A stretch of 64,000 bases of DNA from Geosiphon pyriformis uo1. Lineage: Eukaryota; Fungi; Glomeromycota. Below, piece by piece: positions 37,232 through 51,800 of this stretch. The stretch is taken from positions 73,479-137,478 of the forward strand of contig JAAOMT010000231.1 in assembly GCA_016748015.1 (NCBI GenBank), in the 5' to 3' direction. Made by a program: the position numbers and the translations under genes. The notes beneath the pieces are model-generated. The model saw only the letters and a list, made by a program, of their open reading frames with translations. It was not told the origin of the DNA and did not search any database. Each line of letters begins with the position of its first letter. Position 1 is the stretch's first letter.

Positions 37232-38083
37232 TGTTACAGATAATTATTTGAGGTCTCAAAGCAAATAACAATCTGTAACTTGGTGCTTAATTGATGACAT
37301 TGGTAATATTTGTAGATTTTTTGTATTTGAAGGTTTTTGGTTAAGTTCTTTGTATAATGGACAGAAATTCACTGATTGTTTTATCTGTAGCTTCTTGGAA
37401 CTGCAATTCTATCAAATTTTTTTCTCAGCATGATGGCCAGTAATTTTCCTGGTAAGCTATTCTCAATCAAGTGTTTTACTCTTATTCCTGAATCTTTTAC
37501 CAGTCACTATATTCTGATATTAGAACCTCCATATGTTAATCTTTTTATCAAATTAGTACTTGGAATAAACAAAGACAGAAAATAAAATAACAAGAAAATA
37601 AAGAAAAGAAATTAAGTCTAGGTAAATAAAAGTTAGTATCCTGTTAATAGTTGTAATCAAGAGCTATTGTTTTAGTGTGATTAAGTATTAATTATTATTA
37701 ATATAAAGTATTGATAGTAGGAAGTAGATTTGAGATATTGAATAATTATTTATTGATATTTATAATTTGGAAGATTGCTTAAATAAAATTTAAACTAAGA
37801 GGTTTGTCTTTTCTACTTCTAATACTACTGCTATATATACATAATTGAGATTTCTCAATTCCTTAATTTTTTGCACCAGGAATTCTGGAATTCTTAGAAT
37901 CTTGCAATTCCTATAAGAAGAATTCTGGAATTCTGGAATCCTACGATTTCTTGTATGAAAATCCTGTAATTTCTGGAATCTTGCAATTCCTCTAAAGAGA
38001 ATTCTGGAATTCCATATTTACTATGCCTACTTCTAATTGGTTAATTTATATGTTAATATACTTCTTATATTCTATGAATAATA
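37232..38083 (-). repeat. GyA-2 5' LTR (852 bp)
   Basis: Direct repeat of 19294-20141; adjacent PBS. Confidence 0.92.
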
Positions 38084-38361
38084 GCATGTTGTATATTACA
38101 ATTTCTCTTTTTTCAAATCTGATGACTCTCTGGAGATGGTCAAAATCTTTTTTGTTTCTTTTATATAATTGGTTCTGATAGATCAAATAGAAATTTGATT
38201 GTTTGTGCAAATATTCTCTTTGCTATTAAGTATATTCTGATGAGTATTATTCTTTATTCAAAAATTTTATTAAGGCAGAGTAGTTGTCCAAGTCTATTAT
38301 CATGTTTGTTTGTGAAAGAGTTACTAATAATTAGGTTGATTTGGTTTAAGAGATTGTACTA

Positions 38362-38790
38362 TTATTAGATGGTAAGTTTAGAGAAAGCATTAGCATTTTG
38401 ATGATTTGCTCCTTTGCAATATTGAATATCATAGTCAAATTCATTCAAGTAAAGTATCCAGCAAGTTATTTGTTTGTGTTCTAGCTTCTTTTTATTGTAC
38501 AGTTAAACCAAAGCTTGATGATCTGTTATTACTAGGAATTTTATATCAAGAAGATATTGATCCCAATAACTAGTAGCCCAAACTACTGCTAAACATTCTT
38601 GTTCAGTAACTGAATAGTTTTTTTCTGCTGGTATAAGGGATCTACTGGCATATGCTATGGTATGTTTTCTGCCATTTTCATTTTTTTGTGAAAGGACAGC
38701 ACCAAGTCTATAGCCAGATGTATCAATGTAGAGGATAAAAGATTGGTTAGTAACAAGTTTTTTCTTCAGAATTTCAAAAGCTTTTTGTTG
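38362..38790 (-). pseudogene. GyB-1 RNase H
   Basis: Reverse complement aligns to GyB-2 33330-33783, with a small deletion near 38750. Confidence 0.85.
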
Positions 38791-38794
38791 ATAA

Positions 38795-39680
38795 TATTAC
38801 AGATGATTATTTGAGGTCTCAAAGCAAATAACAAACTCATAACTTGGTGCTTAATTGATGTAATAATGTTGGATTCTGAAAATTAATTGTATTTGAAGGT
38901 TTTTGTTAAGTCTTTTGTATAATAGACAGAAATTCCAATGTAATTTTCTTTAAATAGTGTTTCCAGTGTCAACCCACGAGTTAAGTAGTTGTTGTTCATT
39001 ACTTTTCAGAATTGCAATTCTATTAATTCTTTTCTTGGCATGGTGGCTGGCAATTTTGTGGTAAGCTATTCTCAAATTTGAGTGTTTATTCTTATTCCTG
39101 AGTCTTTTACCAATACTATATCCTGACATCAGTAACTTAGCACTTTAATCCTTTAATCAATTAGTACACAACAAGAAAATAACAAAACAAAGAAGAGAAA
39201 ATAAAAAAAAATAATGAAATAAGCCAAGGCAATGAATGTTAGTATCCAGTCAATAGCCATAATTAAGAATTATTGTTTCAGTATGGTTAAGTATTAATTA
39301 CTATCAACATAAAGTGTTGATAGTGGGGAGTGAATTTGAGATATTGAATAATTATTTATTGATATTTGTGGTGTGGAAGGTTGTTTAGATCAAATTTAAA
39401 TTGAGAAATCTGTCTTTTCTGCTTTTAATGCTACTGCTATATATACCTAATTTATGTTCTATGAGATTGCTCACATTTTTGAATAGTGTGCTATGATTTC
39501 TTAAGCAATGCTCACATTGCTAAGCAATATGTCCTAATTTTCTAATATTACTTCATATTGCTGAGCAATGTGCTGTAATTTCTGATATTGCTCTATATTG
39601 TTGAGCAATGTGCTCATGTGCTAATTACTACTTCCTTATTGGTTTACTATTTTCTATATCTGTTTTTTTTATGAGTAACA
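38795..39680 (-). repeat. GyA-3 3' LTR (886 bp)
   Basis: Direct repeat of 47983-48847. Confidence 0.92.
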
Positions 39681-42600
39681 TTATTTTCTCCTTTTAATAT
39701 TAAGCTTTATCAAAATCCTTATTTTGAATTATGTCAAATACTTTTTTTTCGAGTAGTGTCTATTCCATCCTATTTTTTATTTTTTTAATTTGTGAGTTGT
39801 TCATTTTTTCTCATTGGTTGATGGTTATTGTTTCCATGTCAGAGTGTAACAATACTTTTGAGTAGTTTTGAAATATAGTATGTAATTAATAAATGGTCTT
39901 AATGTGTAGTGTCAAGTTTGTTTTCTTTTTAATAATGTTTTCAATGTTCTGGATTATCTTTTGATTGAAGATTCTCTTGGATTTGTCAAGATATAATTTC
40001 TGAATATCTACTTTTCATTCCAATTGATAGTAGCAGTATGGTATTGGAAGTTGGTCTATTTATTGGTTCTAATTTTTTTTTGTTAGTTTTTCTGTTGAAA
40101 CAATGATGGTTATTTTTTCAAAAGTGTTTTTTACTTTCTCTACTATTTTAGCTGACCAGTTTATTAATTGTTTCTGTAATTGCTGATATGGTGTACTTTT
40201 TTCTTTTTGTTTGGTGTTTCAATAACAGATTGTTTGGTTGTTAATGATAATTTCCATGTTTACTTGTTATTGACTTAAAGCCTGAAACAATTGTTGAACT
40301 AAAGTGTGAATATAGTCTGGTATTTCTATTTTTCTTTGTTGCTTTTGTTATGTATATTGTGTTTTTATATATTCTTTTGGTTGTTTAATTTGATGTGTTT
40401 GGTTCAATAACTATGATTGGTTCTAGATCTCATGAGATCTCATTTGGTTGAACTAGTATTCTCTGTGCTTTTAGTTGTAGAATATTACTAGTGGATGCTG
40501 ATATTATGTTTTGATATAGTTTTAGTCGATCTTTATGTGCTGTTTTGGTTAAAATTTTGTTGTTCAATCTTAATTTATAAGCTTTATTTCTTAGAATTTC
40601 TTCTATATGAAATGGTTTATCCCATTTGGGATCAAATTTTTTACTCTATTGTTTTTCTGCTTTGGTATGATGTAAAAATACTTTGTCTCTAATCCTGAAT
40701 TTGACTGGTTTATCTGGTAATTGGTTATTATGTTTTTTTTTTGTTTTTCTTGTAACTTTTAGATGTTATCAGCTGCTTTTTGCTATTTGTTTTCTAATGT
40801 CTTCATTAAGTCATATGTTCTTTTTAGCAATATTTTTTGAAAATTTTTTTCTGTTATTAATTCTGTTGGATATGTTTTAACTTTTATTTCAATTGGTAAT
40901 ATTGCTGTTTTACTGTATACTAATTTAAATAGTGTTGTTTGTATAGTGTCTTGCTTTATTGTCTGATAAGCAAATAATACTGATGGTATAAATAAATTCC
41001 ATTTATCTTAGTTTTTTTGGCTGATTTTGGCAATTGTTTCACAAAATGTTCTATTAAACTTTTTAACTAACCCATTTGTTTGTAGATAGTATGATAATGA
41101 TACTGGTCTTTTTATTCCAAATCATTGACTTAATTCTGCTAATATTTTATTCACAAGTGAGTTTCTTGATCTGATAATAGTTCTTTTGGACATCTATGTT
41201 GACAAATCAAATCTTGATGAACAAATTCAGTAATGAATTCTGCATCTGTTCTTTGAATGGCTTTTGCTTCTGGCCATTTTGTGAAATAGTTTATAGCTAT
41301 TGCAATATATTTGTTGCCTCTACTGGTTATTGTTAATGGTCTAATTAAGTCAATTCTAATACAATTAAATAGTTGTCCCACTTTAATTGGTCTTAATGGT
41401 TTACTGGGTCTTGTTTTTTCTCTTCTCTGACAAGCATCACAATTTTGAACATATTGGATGATGTTTGGATATATTGATGGCCAATAATATTTTTTTCTTA
41501 TTTTTTCTATGGTTGCTTTTTTGTGAAAATATTCTGCTGTTGGATCTGAGTACATGTTGAATAATATTGTCTTTTTTTCTGGTTCTGTAATTATTCTGAT
41601 TGGTTGATTTGGATTTTTTTTGTTTTTCTGGTAAAGTATATTTTAATAATTGATAAAATATTTTGATTGTTGTTTTATGTTGTTTTGTTTTTTTTGAGAT
41701 AATTTCTCCTTAAACAATTGGATATTTATATAATGTTGAAGTTGTTGGTATTTTTGTATATTCATTTTTTGTTATATTTTTGGGTTGAAATGTTTTTAGA
41801 TTTGTTTCATTCATGACAAACCATCAGCATTTCTATTTTTTTTTCCTTTTTTGTAATGTACTATATAATTAAATGGTAAAAGTTCTATTTTCTATCTAAC
41901 ATGGTGATTATCTCCAAATTTTTGCTTCTGGATTGAAGTCAATTCTTTATGATCAGTATACACATCAAATTTTTGACTCAAGTATTTTTTCTATTTAATG
42001 ACAGCCCAATAGATAACTAAGTATTCTAGCACTGAAGTTCTATAGTTTTTTTCAGCTGGACTTAAGCTTCTACTGGCATAAGCTACTGGGTGTTTTCATC
42101 CATCCAGTTTTTTTTGAGATAGTACTGCTTCTAATGCTTGACCAAATGCATTAGTTGTGATTATAAATGGCTTGTTATAATCCAGGTAGATCAGTACTGG
42201 AGCTTAAATATGCTTTTTTCTTAATGTATTAAAAGCTTTTTGCTGAGTTTCTGTTCATTTATATTTGGTGTTTTTTGTTTGAAGCTGGTATAATGGCTGA
42301 GCCAATTTGGAAAAGTCTTTGATAAAATAGCAGTAGTAATCCACAAATCCTAAGAATGCTCATAGTTCCATTAAGTAGGTGAATACTAGAAAGTTCTTAA
42401 CTATTTCAATTTTGTCTGGATCTGTTTTGATTCCATTTTTGCTCATGACATGTTCCAAAAACTTGAGTTCAGTTTTTCCAAAGAAACACTTGGTTGCATT
42501 TAATTTTAATCTGGCTCTTCTTAATCTTTCAAATACTTGTTGAAGATAGTATAAATAATTATTAAATGTTTTGAAAAACACGTTGGTATTATTTAAATAC

Positions 42601-43619
42601 ATGACTACTGATTTTCATAGTAGTCTAGTATAAACAATTTTCATAAGCCATTGGAATATGGCTGGAGTATTCATCAAGCTAAATGACATAACCTCAAATT
42701 CAAAATTTTCTTCTCAAGTTGTAAAAGCCATTTTTTCTTTATTTTCTGAGTTCATGGCTACTTGCCAGTAACTACTGTCTAAACCTAAAGTTAAAAACTA
42801 TTTCTTTCCTCCAAAAGCATCAAACAGCTCTTGGATTTTTGGTGTTGGATAGCTATCTTTTTTGGTTACTCTATTCAGTTTTTGGTAATCCACACAAAAG
42901 CAGATTTTTCTATTTTTCTTATGGACTAGTATCATTGGTAATGACTATGGACTCATTAATAGCTAAATTAGTCTATTGTCAAGTATCTGATTGATTTCTT
43001 GACAAATGATCTCATGGCTGGCTAGTGGTACTCTGTATGTTCTTTGTTTAATTGGCATTACATCTCTAGTCTTAATCTGATACTGAATTATGTCAGTTCT
43101 GCCAAATTTATTTTTATTGGCAAAGATGTTGTTTGTTGAGTAACATCTTGAGTTGCATATATTATAGTGAGTTTAGATTTTCTAAGTTCATCTGTTCCAA
43201 TTGTTTTGGTTGAAGCAGATAACATTTTTTTCATCCATATATTGTTTAAGATGTGATATCTACATATCTACACAGTTGTGGAAAGTCTGGAATGGTGTTT
43301 GGCAATTGGTTCTCAATTTTAGTGGTTAAATATCCAATAATAGTTTTTTTTGGTATTTTGATGATGTTTTCCGTGTTGTTATAAATAGGAATTTTGATGT
43401 GATGGTAATTCTTGGCTGGTATGTATAGATTGACTAATCCAATTTTTCTTGATTCACAAAGTGTTGATTCTGCCTCAAAAATCTGTACCTGATCTTTCAC
43501 TTTCCTCTCTATAACTAATATGTACTGGTCATATAGTGGAATGGAAATTGATTAATGAGTGGAGATAATTTTTTTCTTGTTAACATTTTTTTTCTCTGTC
43601 ATATTAACTGGTACATCTA

Positions 43620-44016
43620 TTCTACTCATTGATCTGAAACTCTGTATCTCTTTAGCTGTAATTCTTAATTCTTCCCTGTTTCCCACTGATACTAATTGAG
43701 CTATTTTAACCAGAGGCAGGAATATTGCCTGTACTATCTTTTCATTTGGCTTTATGATATAGGTTTTTTCTAAGTCATTTTGTAATATTGCAATGATATT
43801 TTTTACATATTCTGTGTCAATTATCTCTCCTCTGATGTTGATTTCTTTTTTTGCTAAATTACTCTTAGATACTAGTTGAATTATTGTTGTTGCTGAAATT
43901 TCTAGTGCTATTTTGAGATCAATGCAAGTGCACAAATGTGATTCCAATTTGATGGCATCTTTTCTCGAATATCTCAGATTAAATCCTGCATCCATATCAT
44001 ATGCATGTTTAGGCAT
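43620..44016 (-). pseudogene. dut: dUTPase domain, GyA-3
   Basis: DAGFNLRY..SKSNL..GEIIDTEYV..KIVQ..EIQSFRSMS in ORF 43552..44364. Confidence 0.88.
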
Positions 44017-47000
44017 AATGTTTTCATTATTATCATTAAACCATTTCAGAGTCTGCTCCTTGGTAAGATCAGGAAGTGTAATGTATTGTTTAGGGTTTAA
44101 ATTTGAGTCTAAATCATTGTTGTTGTTGTTGCCAATTTGCATAGAACTAGAACTGTTGTTTTCATTGTCATTGTTGTTGGAGTTTGAATTGGGATTGAAA
44201 GTTGATTCCAATTCTAATGCACAGCTGCTGATTGGTTTTTTTTCTTTCTGGATCATGTAAATTATACATAGTGGTAGATTGTAAATAAGATCACACTCAT
44301 TACAATATTGGAAGTCACAAGGAATTAAACAATGATCACATAGTTGAGTGTTTATTTTTTTCAACCATTGCTCTTGTTCTTCTCAAATGGGTGCTAATTC
44401 TTAGTAGTGCTTGTAGAATTGTTCTGAGTTCATAGGCTCTAGGATAATATCTGGGTTTGGGTTCCAGTTGAGTTTTATGAGTTCTGGTGAGTTGTTTTTG
44501 ATTATTTTTATTTCTTTTAGTAACACTCCTTCAATTTTGGTAAGTGCTATTTGCCAGATTTTGTTATTGTTATGTGGACAACTGTCCAGACATTTTACTA
44601 TTCTTCTCCAGGCAGCTTCTATAAGAGTCCCTTTTCTTATTCATTTACTGATTAGAATTGTGTATTGACATAATTTGTCACAGATTCCTTCTTATCCAGG
44701 AATGTCATTCCATATTCTTTTGTCTAATAAAGTTTTTTCACAAGTGAAACAAGGTTTGTTGTCTCATTTTCCTTGCCATTTTGGTCATCCAAAGCATTCT
44801 AGAACATAAAAGCGACAGTAAAATTTGGTTGCTGTAGAGTATTTCTCATTGTCACTCCAGCACGTGCTTATTGATAACAATTTCTTACTGCAATCAACAT
44901 ATACCAGTTTTGGTCAGCAATAGTTAAATGATTGTGTTAAAGTATAGGTGTATAGAATATAAGTGGTGGTGGTAGTTGGTATTGGCTTTTCTTCCTTCTC
45001 TTTTTCTTTTTTTTTGTTATTCTCTTTCCACTCCCAAGTTGGTGTCAGTTTAGTGCCATTATTGTCAGTTTACCATGTTTGGTCAGTATTTTTGGTAAGT
45101 TCTTCTTTTTGCTTTTCCTTTTTGTTATCTCAGAATAGTACTGGTGGTAGTTTGTTGTGATCAGTATTGGTCCATAAAACTTGATAGGCTTCCCAAGTAG
45201 GTTTTTTTTTCTTTTTCAAATTTTATTAGTGGTGTGGTTGTCATGTTTGTTCAAAAGTGGCTGTACATAACTGGTACACATATGTGCTAACTGTTTATAC
45301 TGAATTAGAGCTTTTGCGTAGTCCAATCAAGCATGACATTGGTTTTGGACAACTAATTATTGCCAACTAGTGCTTAGTATTACATTGCTTCTATTACCAA
45401 GACTTTAATAAAAGTGACAATGCTGTTGATTTCAATGAGTAAGTTATCTATTTCACCAATTGGTGTCTTGGTGGCTCTATCAGCTGTAATTATCCTCACA
45501 CTGACAGCTTGATCAACTCGGTGATCTAATTGGTCCATGAGTTGTCATGTAATAATGCTGTCTGCTAAATCACTATTTAGGATCAGTTTTATGGCCTAAC
45601 CATCAACTTTAGCATTAGTGTACATAGCAGTGATGGGTTTTTCTTCGAGTGTGGCTCCACTGAACAATAGTGTTTGTAATGGTTCCTTGAATTCAAATGG
45701 GAAAATTGCTGCTAGTAATTTGTTATTAGTTATGGTGGCTGGAAGTATGTTGTTGTTAAGTGATTTGGTTTGGTTGGATTCCTGGTTGTTGGATGAGGCA
45801 TCTTCTGAATTAACCAAAAGACTTAAATAGTGTTAGAAATTCGGGTTTTGGGCATATTTAGCCTCCAAATTCTGAGAGCATGTTCCTGATTATTGGGTGG
45901 AAGAGCTGAGAATTGGTTAATAAACAACTATTGCCGATCTCCAGTTTTGTTGTGTTATTTTCAGCCTTTGTATTCCAATTTGAGATAAGTTTTGTGATGG
46001 TGTTTAAATTTGTTGGGGCTGGTATATTACTTGTGGCATGGATTGATAAATGACAAGTGTTGTCAGTTGATAAATTAGAGCTTGATATACTGGTGATTAA
46101 TAAATTAGCTGTTGGAGCATTTGGGTGTAATGAGGTGTGTATTGATCCTAATTTGGGTATTGATTCAGAGTTTGAAACCTGCAATTCTGGTTTTGATATT
46201 AATTTCCTGATTATGAGGTATTATTATAAAAATGGCAGTTAATTCTCAAATGGCCTTGTTTACCACACTTGTGGCAGATACACATCTCTTACTGCCACAG
46301 TTGATTAAATAATAATAAAGAACATAACTGATTTTAGGAATGAGTCATGTTTCTGGAATTATTGCATTATTGGGATGGCTAATAAATTTTGCAATTGTCA
46401 GCTAAGTATCTTTCTAATTTCTGATTAATTGAATTACTAAGTTGTTTCAATTTAGAATCTAAGTCAGATGATCTATTTATAACTAGGTTTATGGCTTGAG
46501 TGTGGTTAGTTTTGAGCTCAGCTGCTTCAAAATCTCTAGCATTTGTGACTGTGGCCTAAAGATTTGCTAAATATAATAGACATATGTATTGAAAAATGCT
46601 ATTGTACAGACCTCTGATAAATTAATTTAGAATTTGTAGTGCTGTGAAATAATTGGCTTGAATTGTCTGAATTTGGTGCTGATTCTTATGAAAGTGCTCT
46701 AGATAGGTAATAACTACTTCATTTTCTCCTTGTTTGATGGTGGTAAAGGTATTTGCTAGATGATTAATACTATTATTGTTACTAAAATATTGGAGGAATG
46801 CAAGCTTAAATGTATTAAAATCCTGAGATTTGTTGGCCAAGCTTTGATACCAAGAGTTGACAGTATCTTGAAGAAAATAAAGAATTATTTACATGGCTCT
46901 GGCATCATTCCATCTATTGGCTGCAATGGCTTTTTCTATATCATTTAGCCACACTTGGGCATTATCTTCTTCACTGGTGAATTTTTTGAGTTTTGCTATT

Positions 47001-47982
47001 GGAGCATAGGCCATTGGATCCAAGTTTGGTTGTTGTGATTGTTGAAGAAATAATTGCTAAGGTAGTATTGGCAGCTGTTAAAGTTGTTCAACAATCAGAT
47101 CAATTAGTTATTAATTGATGACAATTTCTAGAGGTAAGTTTTGCTGATTAATTAACTTGGAATTTGAATTGTTTGGAGTTTGCTGAATTTAAATATTTGG
47201 AGTTTCAACTTCCAGATTTTCTAAAATTGAGTTTTGGTAATTAAATTCCTAATCTTCTTCTTCTTCTTCTGAAGCTATTATCTCTTAAAGACTTGCAATT
47301 CCAAAGTCTGGTAAAGATAATGGTGATCAGAATCCTGATGGTATTGGCAATTACAATTAAATTCTTTGAAGTAATTACTGTAAGTTTCTAATAATTTTGC
47401 TTTTTTTTGTTTACTTTGAAATAAGAGTTGTTCAAATGTTAATGTTGCATTTGATGTGGATGCATCTGCTGATATAATATTGATAGTACTTCTGGGTGTG
47501 TGGTAATATGATATATATAATAAAGATTCAATTCTTTGTTTCTTCCATATTAGTAATTATATTCTTTTTGGAGTTACTGCTGATGTTTGTAGCTTTTTTT
47601 ACTTTTATCTGCATAGATAATGGAGAATTGTTGTTGTATGTATCTTTCAATTGCTTGATTAATTTCTCTGATGATTGGTGCAAAACTGTAATTCGTGGTA
47701 AGCTGGTGTGTTAGATTAATTCTGTATAGAAATTTTTTCTTGCTAATTTAATGTCAACTGGTCTTCTCAGAAAATCTGTGATTTTTTTATTAATGTAAAA
47801 GTTGAAGGCTGATTCCACTAGATAATAGTTGTTGGTTAAGCCCAATTGTTGGCTGTACTGTTAAAATAAGGATTTAGCAAATCCTAAATAGTTTGTTCCT
47901 ATTATTTCTGATTCTGTCACTTTTGGATAATTATTGTTGGTGCTGGTTTTTTGTAAGATTATATCTTACAGGGAGCACCAAA

Positions 47983-48847
47983 TGTTACAGATGATTATTT
48001 GGAGTCTCAAAACAAACAACAAACTTATAACTTGGTGCTCAATTGATGTAATAATGTTGGTTTTTAAAGGTTAACTGTATCTGAAGGTTTTTGTTGAGTT
48101 CTTTATATAATAGACAGAGATTCCAATGTGATTTTCTTTAAATGGTGTTTTTAGTGTTAATCTGTGAGTTATGTAGTTGTTGTCTATTACTTTTCGGAAT
48201 TGCAATTTTGTCAATTTTTTTCTTGACATAATGGCCGGCAATTTCCTGGTAAGCTACCCTTATTCTTGGGTCTTTTACTAGTGCTATATCTTGATGTCAG
48301 TAACTTATCACTTTAATCCTTTAATCAATTAGTATACAACAAGAAAATAACAAAACAAAGAAGAAAAAATAAAAGAAAATAAAAAAATAAGCCAAGGCAA
48401 TGAATGTTAATATCCTGTTAATAGTTGTGATCAAGAGCTATTGTTCTAGTGTGATTAAGTATTAATTATTATCAACATAAAGTATTGATAGTAGGAAGTA
48501 GATTTGAGATATTGAATAATTATTTATTGATATTTGTGGTGTAAAAGGTTGCTTAGATCAAATCTAAACTAAAAGATCTGTCTTTTTTGCTTCTAATGCT
48601 ACTGCTATATATACCTAATTTATGTTTTATGAGATTGCTCACATTTTTAAACAGTGTGCTATAATTTCTTGAGCAATGCTCACATTGCTAAGCAATGTGC
48701 CCTAATTTTCTAATATTGCTTCATATTGCTGAGCAATGTGCTGTAATTTCTAATATTGGTCTACATTGCTGAGCAATATGCTCACATGCTAATTACTACT
48801 CCCTTATTGGTCTACTATTTTCTATATCTGTTTTTTTATAAGTAACA
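47983..48847 (-). repeat. GyA-3 5' LTR (865 bp)
   Basis: TGTTAC...GTAACA; adjacent PBS. Confidence 0.92.
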
Positions 48848-48851
48848 ATAA

Positions 48852-51800
48852 ATGCCTCAGTAATAATTAACATTTTTCTTGAGTAGCTAATTGAGAGAAA
48901 AGGCGATTTTGGAGAAATCCTTGATAAATTTATGATAGTAAAAAGCCAAACCAAAAAAAGAGCATAGTTCAGAAATATTCATTGGTTGTCTAATGTTTTA
49001 AACTTTTTCAACTTTAGCTGAATCAGAAAAAATTCCATCTTTTGTAATAAGATGACCAAGAAACTGGGTGGATTGGTGTTCAAAGAAAGATTTAATTTGA
49101 TTTATCTTAAGGCCAGTATTTCTGAGCAAGTCAGAAATCTTCTGCAAATGTTCAAGATATTCATTCCAGATTTTTGAATAGACCATTATGTCATTTAAGT
49201 AAACCAGAACAAAGTTTTCTTTTACTGATTCAAATACTTTGTTTATTAGGTATTGAAAAGTGGAAGAGACATTAGTGAGACTAAAAAACATAACTGTGAA
49301 TTTATAGGTGCCATACTTGGTAATGAAAGCAGTTTTCTTTCTGCTTTTTGGATCCATCTCTATTTGCCAGAATTCAACAGTTAAGTCAATAGTTGAGAAG
49401 AAAGCAGCACTATTGAATTTGTTTAGTATTGCATCAATTTTGGGAAGTAGATACATATCTTTTATAATAATAACATTTAATTGGCAGTAGTTAACACAAA
49501 AGTATAGGGTTCCATCTTTCTTGAATACTACTACAACTGAAAAAGCCCATTTACTCTTGGTTTTTTGTATAAATCTAAGATTTTTTATTCAGTTTATCTC
49601 TTTCTTAATAAACTTATCATTGTGTTGATTGGATTAATAAGACTTCAAATAAATAAAATGAGTTTTTTTGGTGATAATAGTGTGTTGTATTACATAAGTT
49701 TGTTCAGAAGTATTACTTTCTTTTGAAATAACTGGGTTATTTCTAGCCAACAGATTTTCAATGTCTATTTTTCTTATTTTAAAAAAAGTTTTCTTTGGTT
49801 TACTGCAAGTAATTGGATTTCAGATAATTTATTCTCAAAAGACTTTTGTACTTTTTTTAGTTCTTCTTTGAATATCAAACTAATTGGCTCTTAATTTTTG
49901 TAATAAATCAGACAGAACTTATATTCATTATTAAGAAAATACAAAAGTTTATTACACCAGCACTTGGTACAAGAGCCATGCTACCAATAATTGTATTTTG
50001 TTTTCTTGCTAGGTTTTCTATCAAAGGTTTTTCTGAGAATATAATAGTAGGGCCAGCAGATTAGCTTGCCATTTATCATGATTTTTTTTTGTCAGCTTTT
50101 ATATTGTCCAATGACTTGCTATTGTTGGTGAAGATAGTATTGGTGAGTTCAACAGTTTTTTCTTGTTTTTCTTAATTTTCTTTTTTATAACTCTTATCAT
50201 TATCTGATTCATCTGATTGTTCTTTTTCTTGGTTTTGCTTGGATATTAAAGAAGTTGTCCAATAACAGTATTTAACTACAATGGGTTTTTTATTACATCT
50301 GATAGTCAGCTCACAAAATTCATAATCAAGAAAGGCTTTTGCTTTCTTAAGTCATTTATTACCAACAATTATTGTGTATTTTTTGGCTTTAGATACCTTT
50401 ATGTTAGTTTCAATGCTGATACTATTGATGTGAACAGAAATGGCTTTGGTTATGTTCAGATCTTTTTTTTTGTTACTATGTACATTGGTCATTGGTCGAA
50501 TAGAAGACTCATCAATCTTTCTGCCAATTGCTTCAAGAAAGTGTTTGGCAATTACACTAACAGATAATCCACTGTCTAGAATTAGATCAATAAAGTAACC
50601 AGCCACTTGGGCTTTATAAATCAAAAGAGTAACATTACTGTTATCAGTAAGTTCAGCTTGGTAAGAACATTTGTTAGTTTTTGGTGTTTTTTTCTTTGGT
50701 ATTAATAATTTGCAAAGATCTTTTCTGAACTGTGGATGGATCATTAATTGGCCAAATGTAATATGTGCTAAAGTTTTTATAAGATTTTTAACAACAGAAT
50801 AGGGACCAGATTTTTGTACTATTTCTGGGGGTTTCAACTTTGGAAAATTTTTAAAAACTTTAGCCTTTGGTGGCTTATTGTTATTAACAGTTGATTTGGA
50901 TGTCTTGTTTAAGTCCAAAACAAAATTAATCTTGGCTTTTTTTTTTTCTTGTTGATTCAGAGGTGTTAATTACTAGTTCATCCATATTATGGTTATCATT
51001 AGTTAGATTAAAAGCATAAAAGGGGTTTTTTTCTGATTGGCTTGTACTTTTACTCTTTGAAGGTGCATCTACCAGTTTAAAAGTTGATAAACAGTGGCTT
51101 CAACTAGAGAATCCTCTCCAAAGAAATTAATGTTAGCATGATTGGATTTTTAATTAGAGGTGTTATTGTTAATAGTTCTGTTGGTTTGATTGTCATTGTT
51201 TCTAGAAACTGGAGAAGACAATGGAAAATTGTTGCAATCTCTAAAAAAGTGTTCAGTTAATTTACAATGATAGCACACAGGTGGGCCATAATTTTGCTGT
51301 CTTTGATAAGAAGATTGCTAAGGCTGATTAAAACAGAATTCAAATCTGGATCTTTGTGGTTGCTAATTATTTCTGACTGCTTGGGCTGAGGACTTTAATA
51401 ACTGGACAAAATTGGCTGTGAGTCTATCTATCAATTGTTTATTAGGATCCAAAGTCTGGACAGCAAAAAAAGTAACAGCCATTTGAAAAGCAAGAGCCAT
51501 AATAGAAACAAGAGCAAAAACTGATAATGTAGATCCCAAGTGCATCTTTTGGTTGTCTTCAATTTGTTGGACAAATTCAATGACCATGTCTATTGTGAGA
51601 TTGTCTTTCAAGACCAGAAGGGACCAAAAAGCATATAAAAGATCAGTTCTCAATTTTTTTGTAAAGAAGTGAATTTTTTGTTTTTCTGACCAGTTTTTTT
51701 CAGAGTCCATTCATTTAATTAATTTTTTAATGACTTTGACATATTCAGTCACAACTTTACCAGAGCCTTGAGTTTTTTTTTCTAATTCCATACATTATTT

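Larger units (their letters stand above)
19294..38083 (-). mobile_element. GyA-2: full-length family-A gypsy element inserted in GyB-1 integrase
   Basis: 3' LTR 19294-20141, 5' LTR 37232-38083, PBS 37213-37229, TSD GTAT/GCAT (19290-19293 / 38084-38087). Confidence 0.93.
38795..48847 (-). mobile_element. GyA-3: uninterrupted family-A gypsy element (~10.05 kb) inserted in GyB-1
   Basis: LTRs 38795-39680 and 47983-48847, PBS 47964-47980, perfect TSD ATAA (38791-38794 / 48848-48851); gag, PR, dUTPase, RT, RH, IN (ATG 41765), ORF3 (~39700-40350). Confidence 0.95.

Noticed and set aside
45858-46184. Overlapping alternative-frame ORF in family-A gag
   Set aside because: CAA/CCA-rich Q/P tracts leave the shifted frame open by composition; the protease-continuous frame is the other one.
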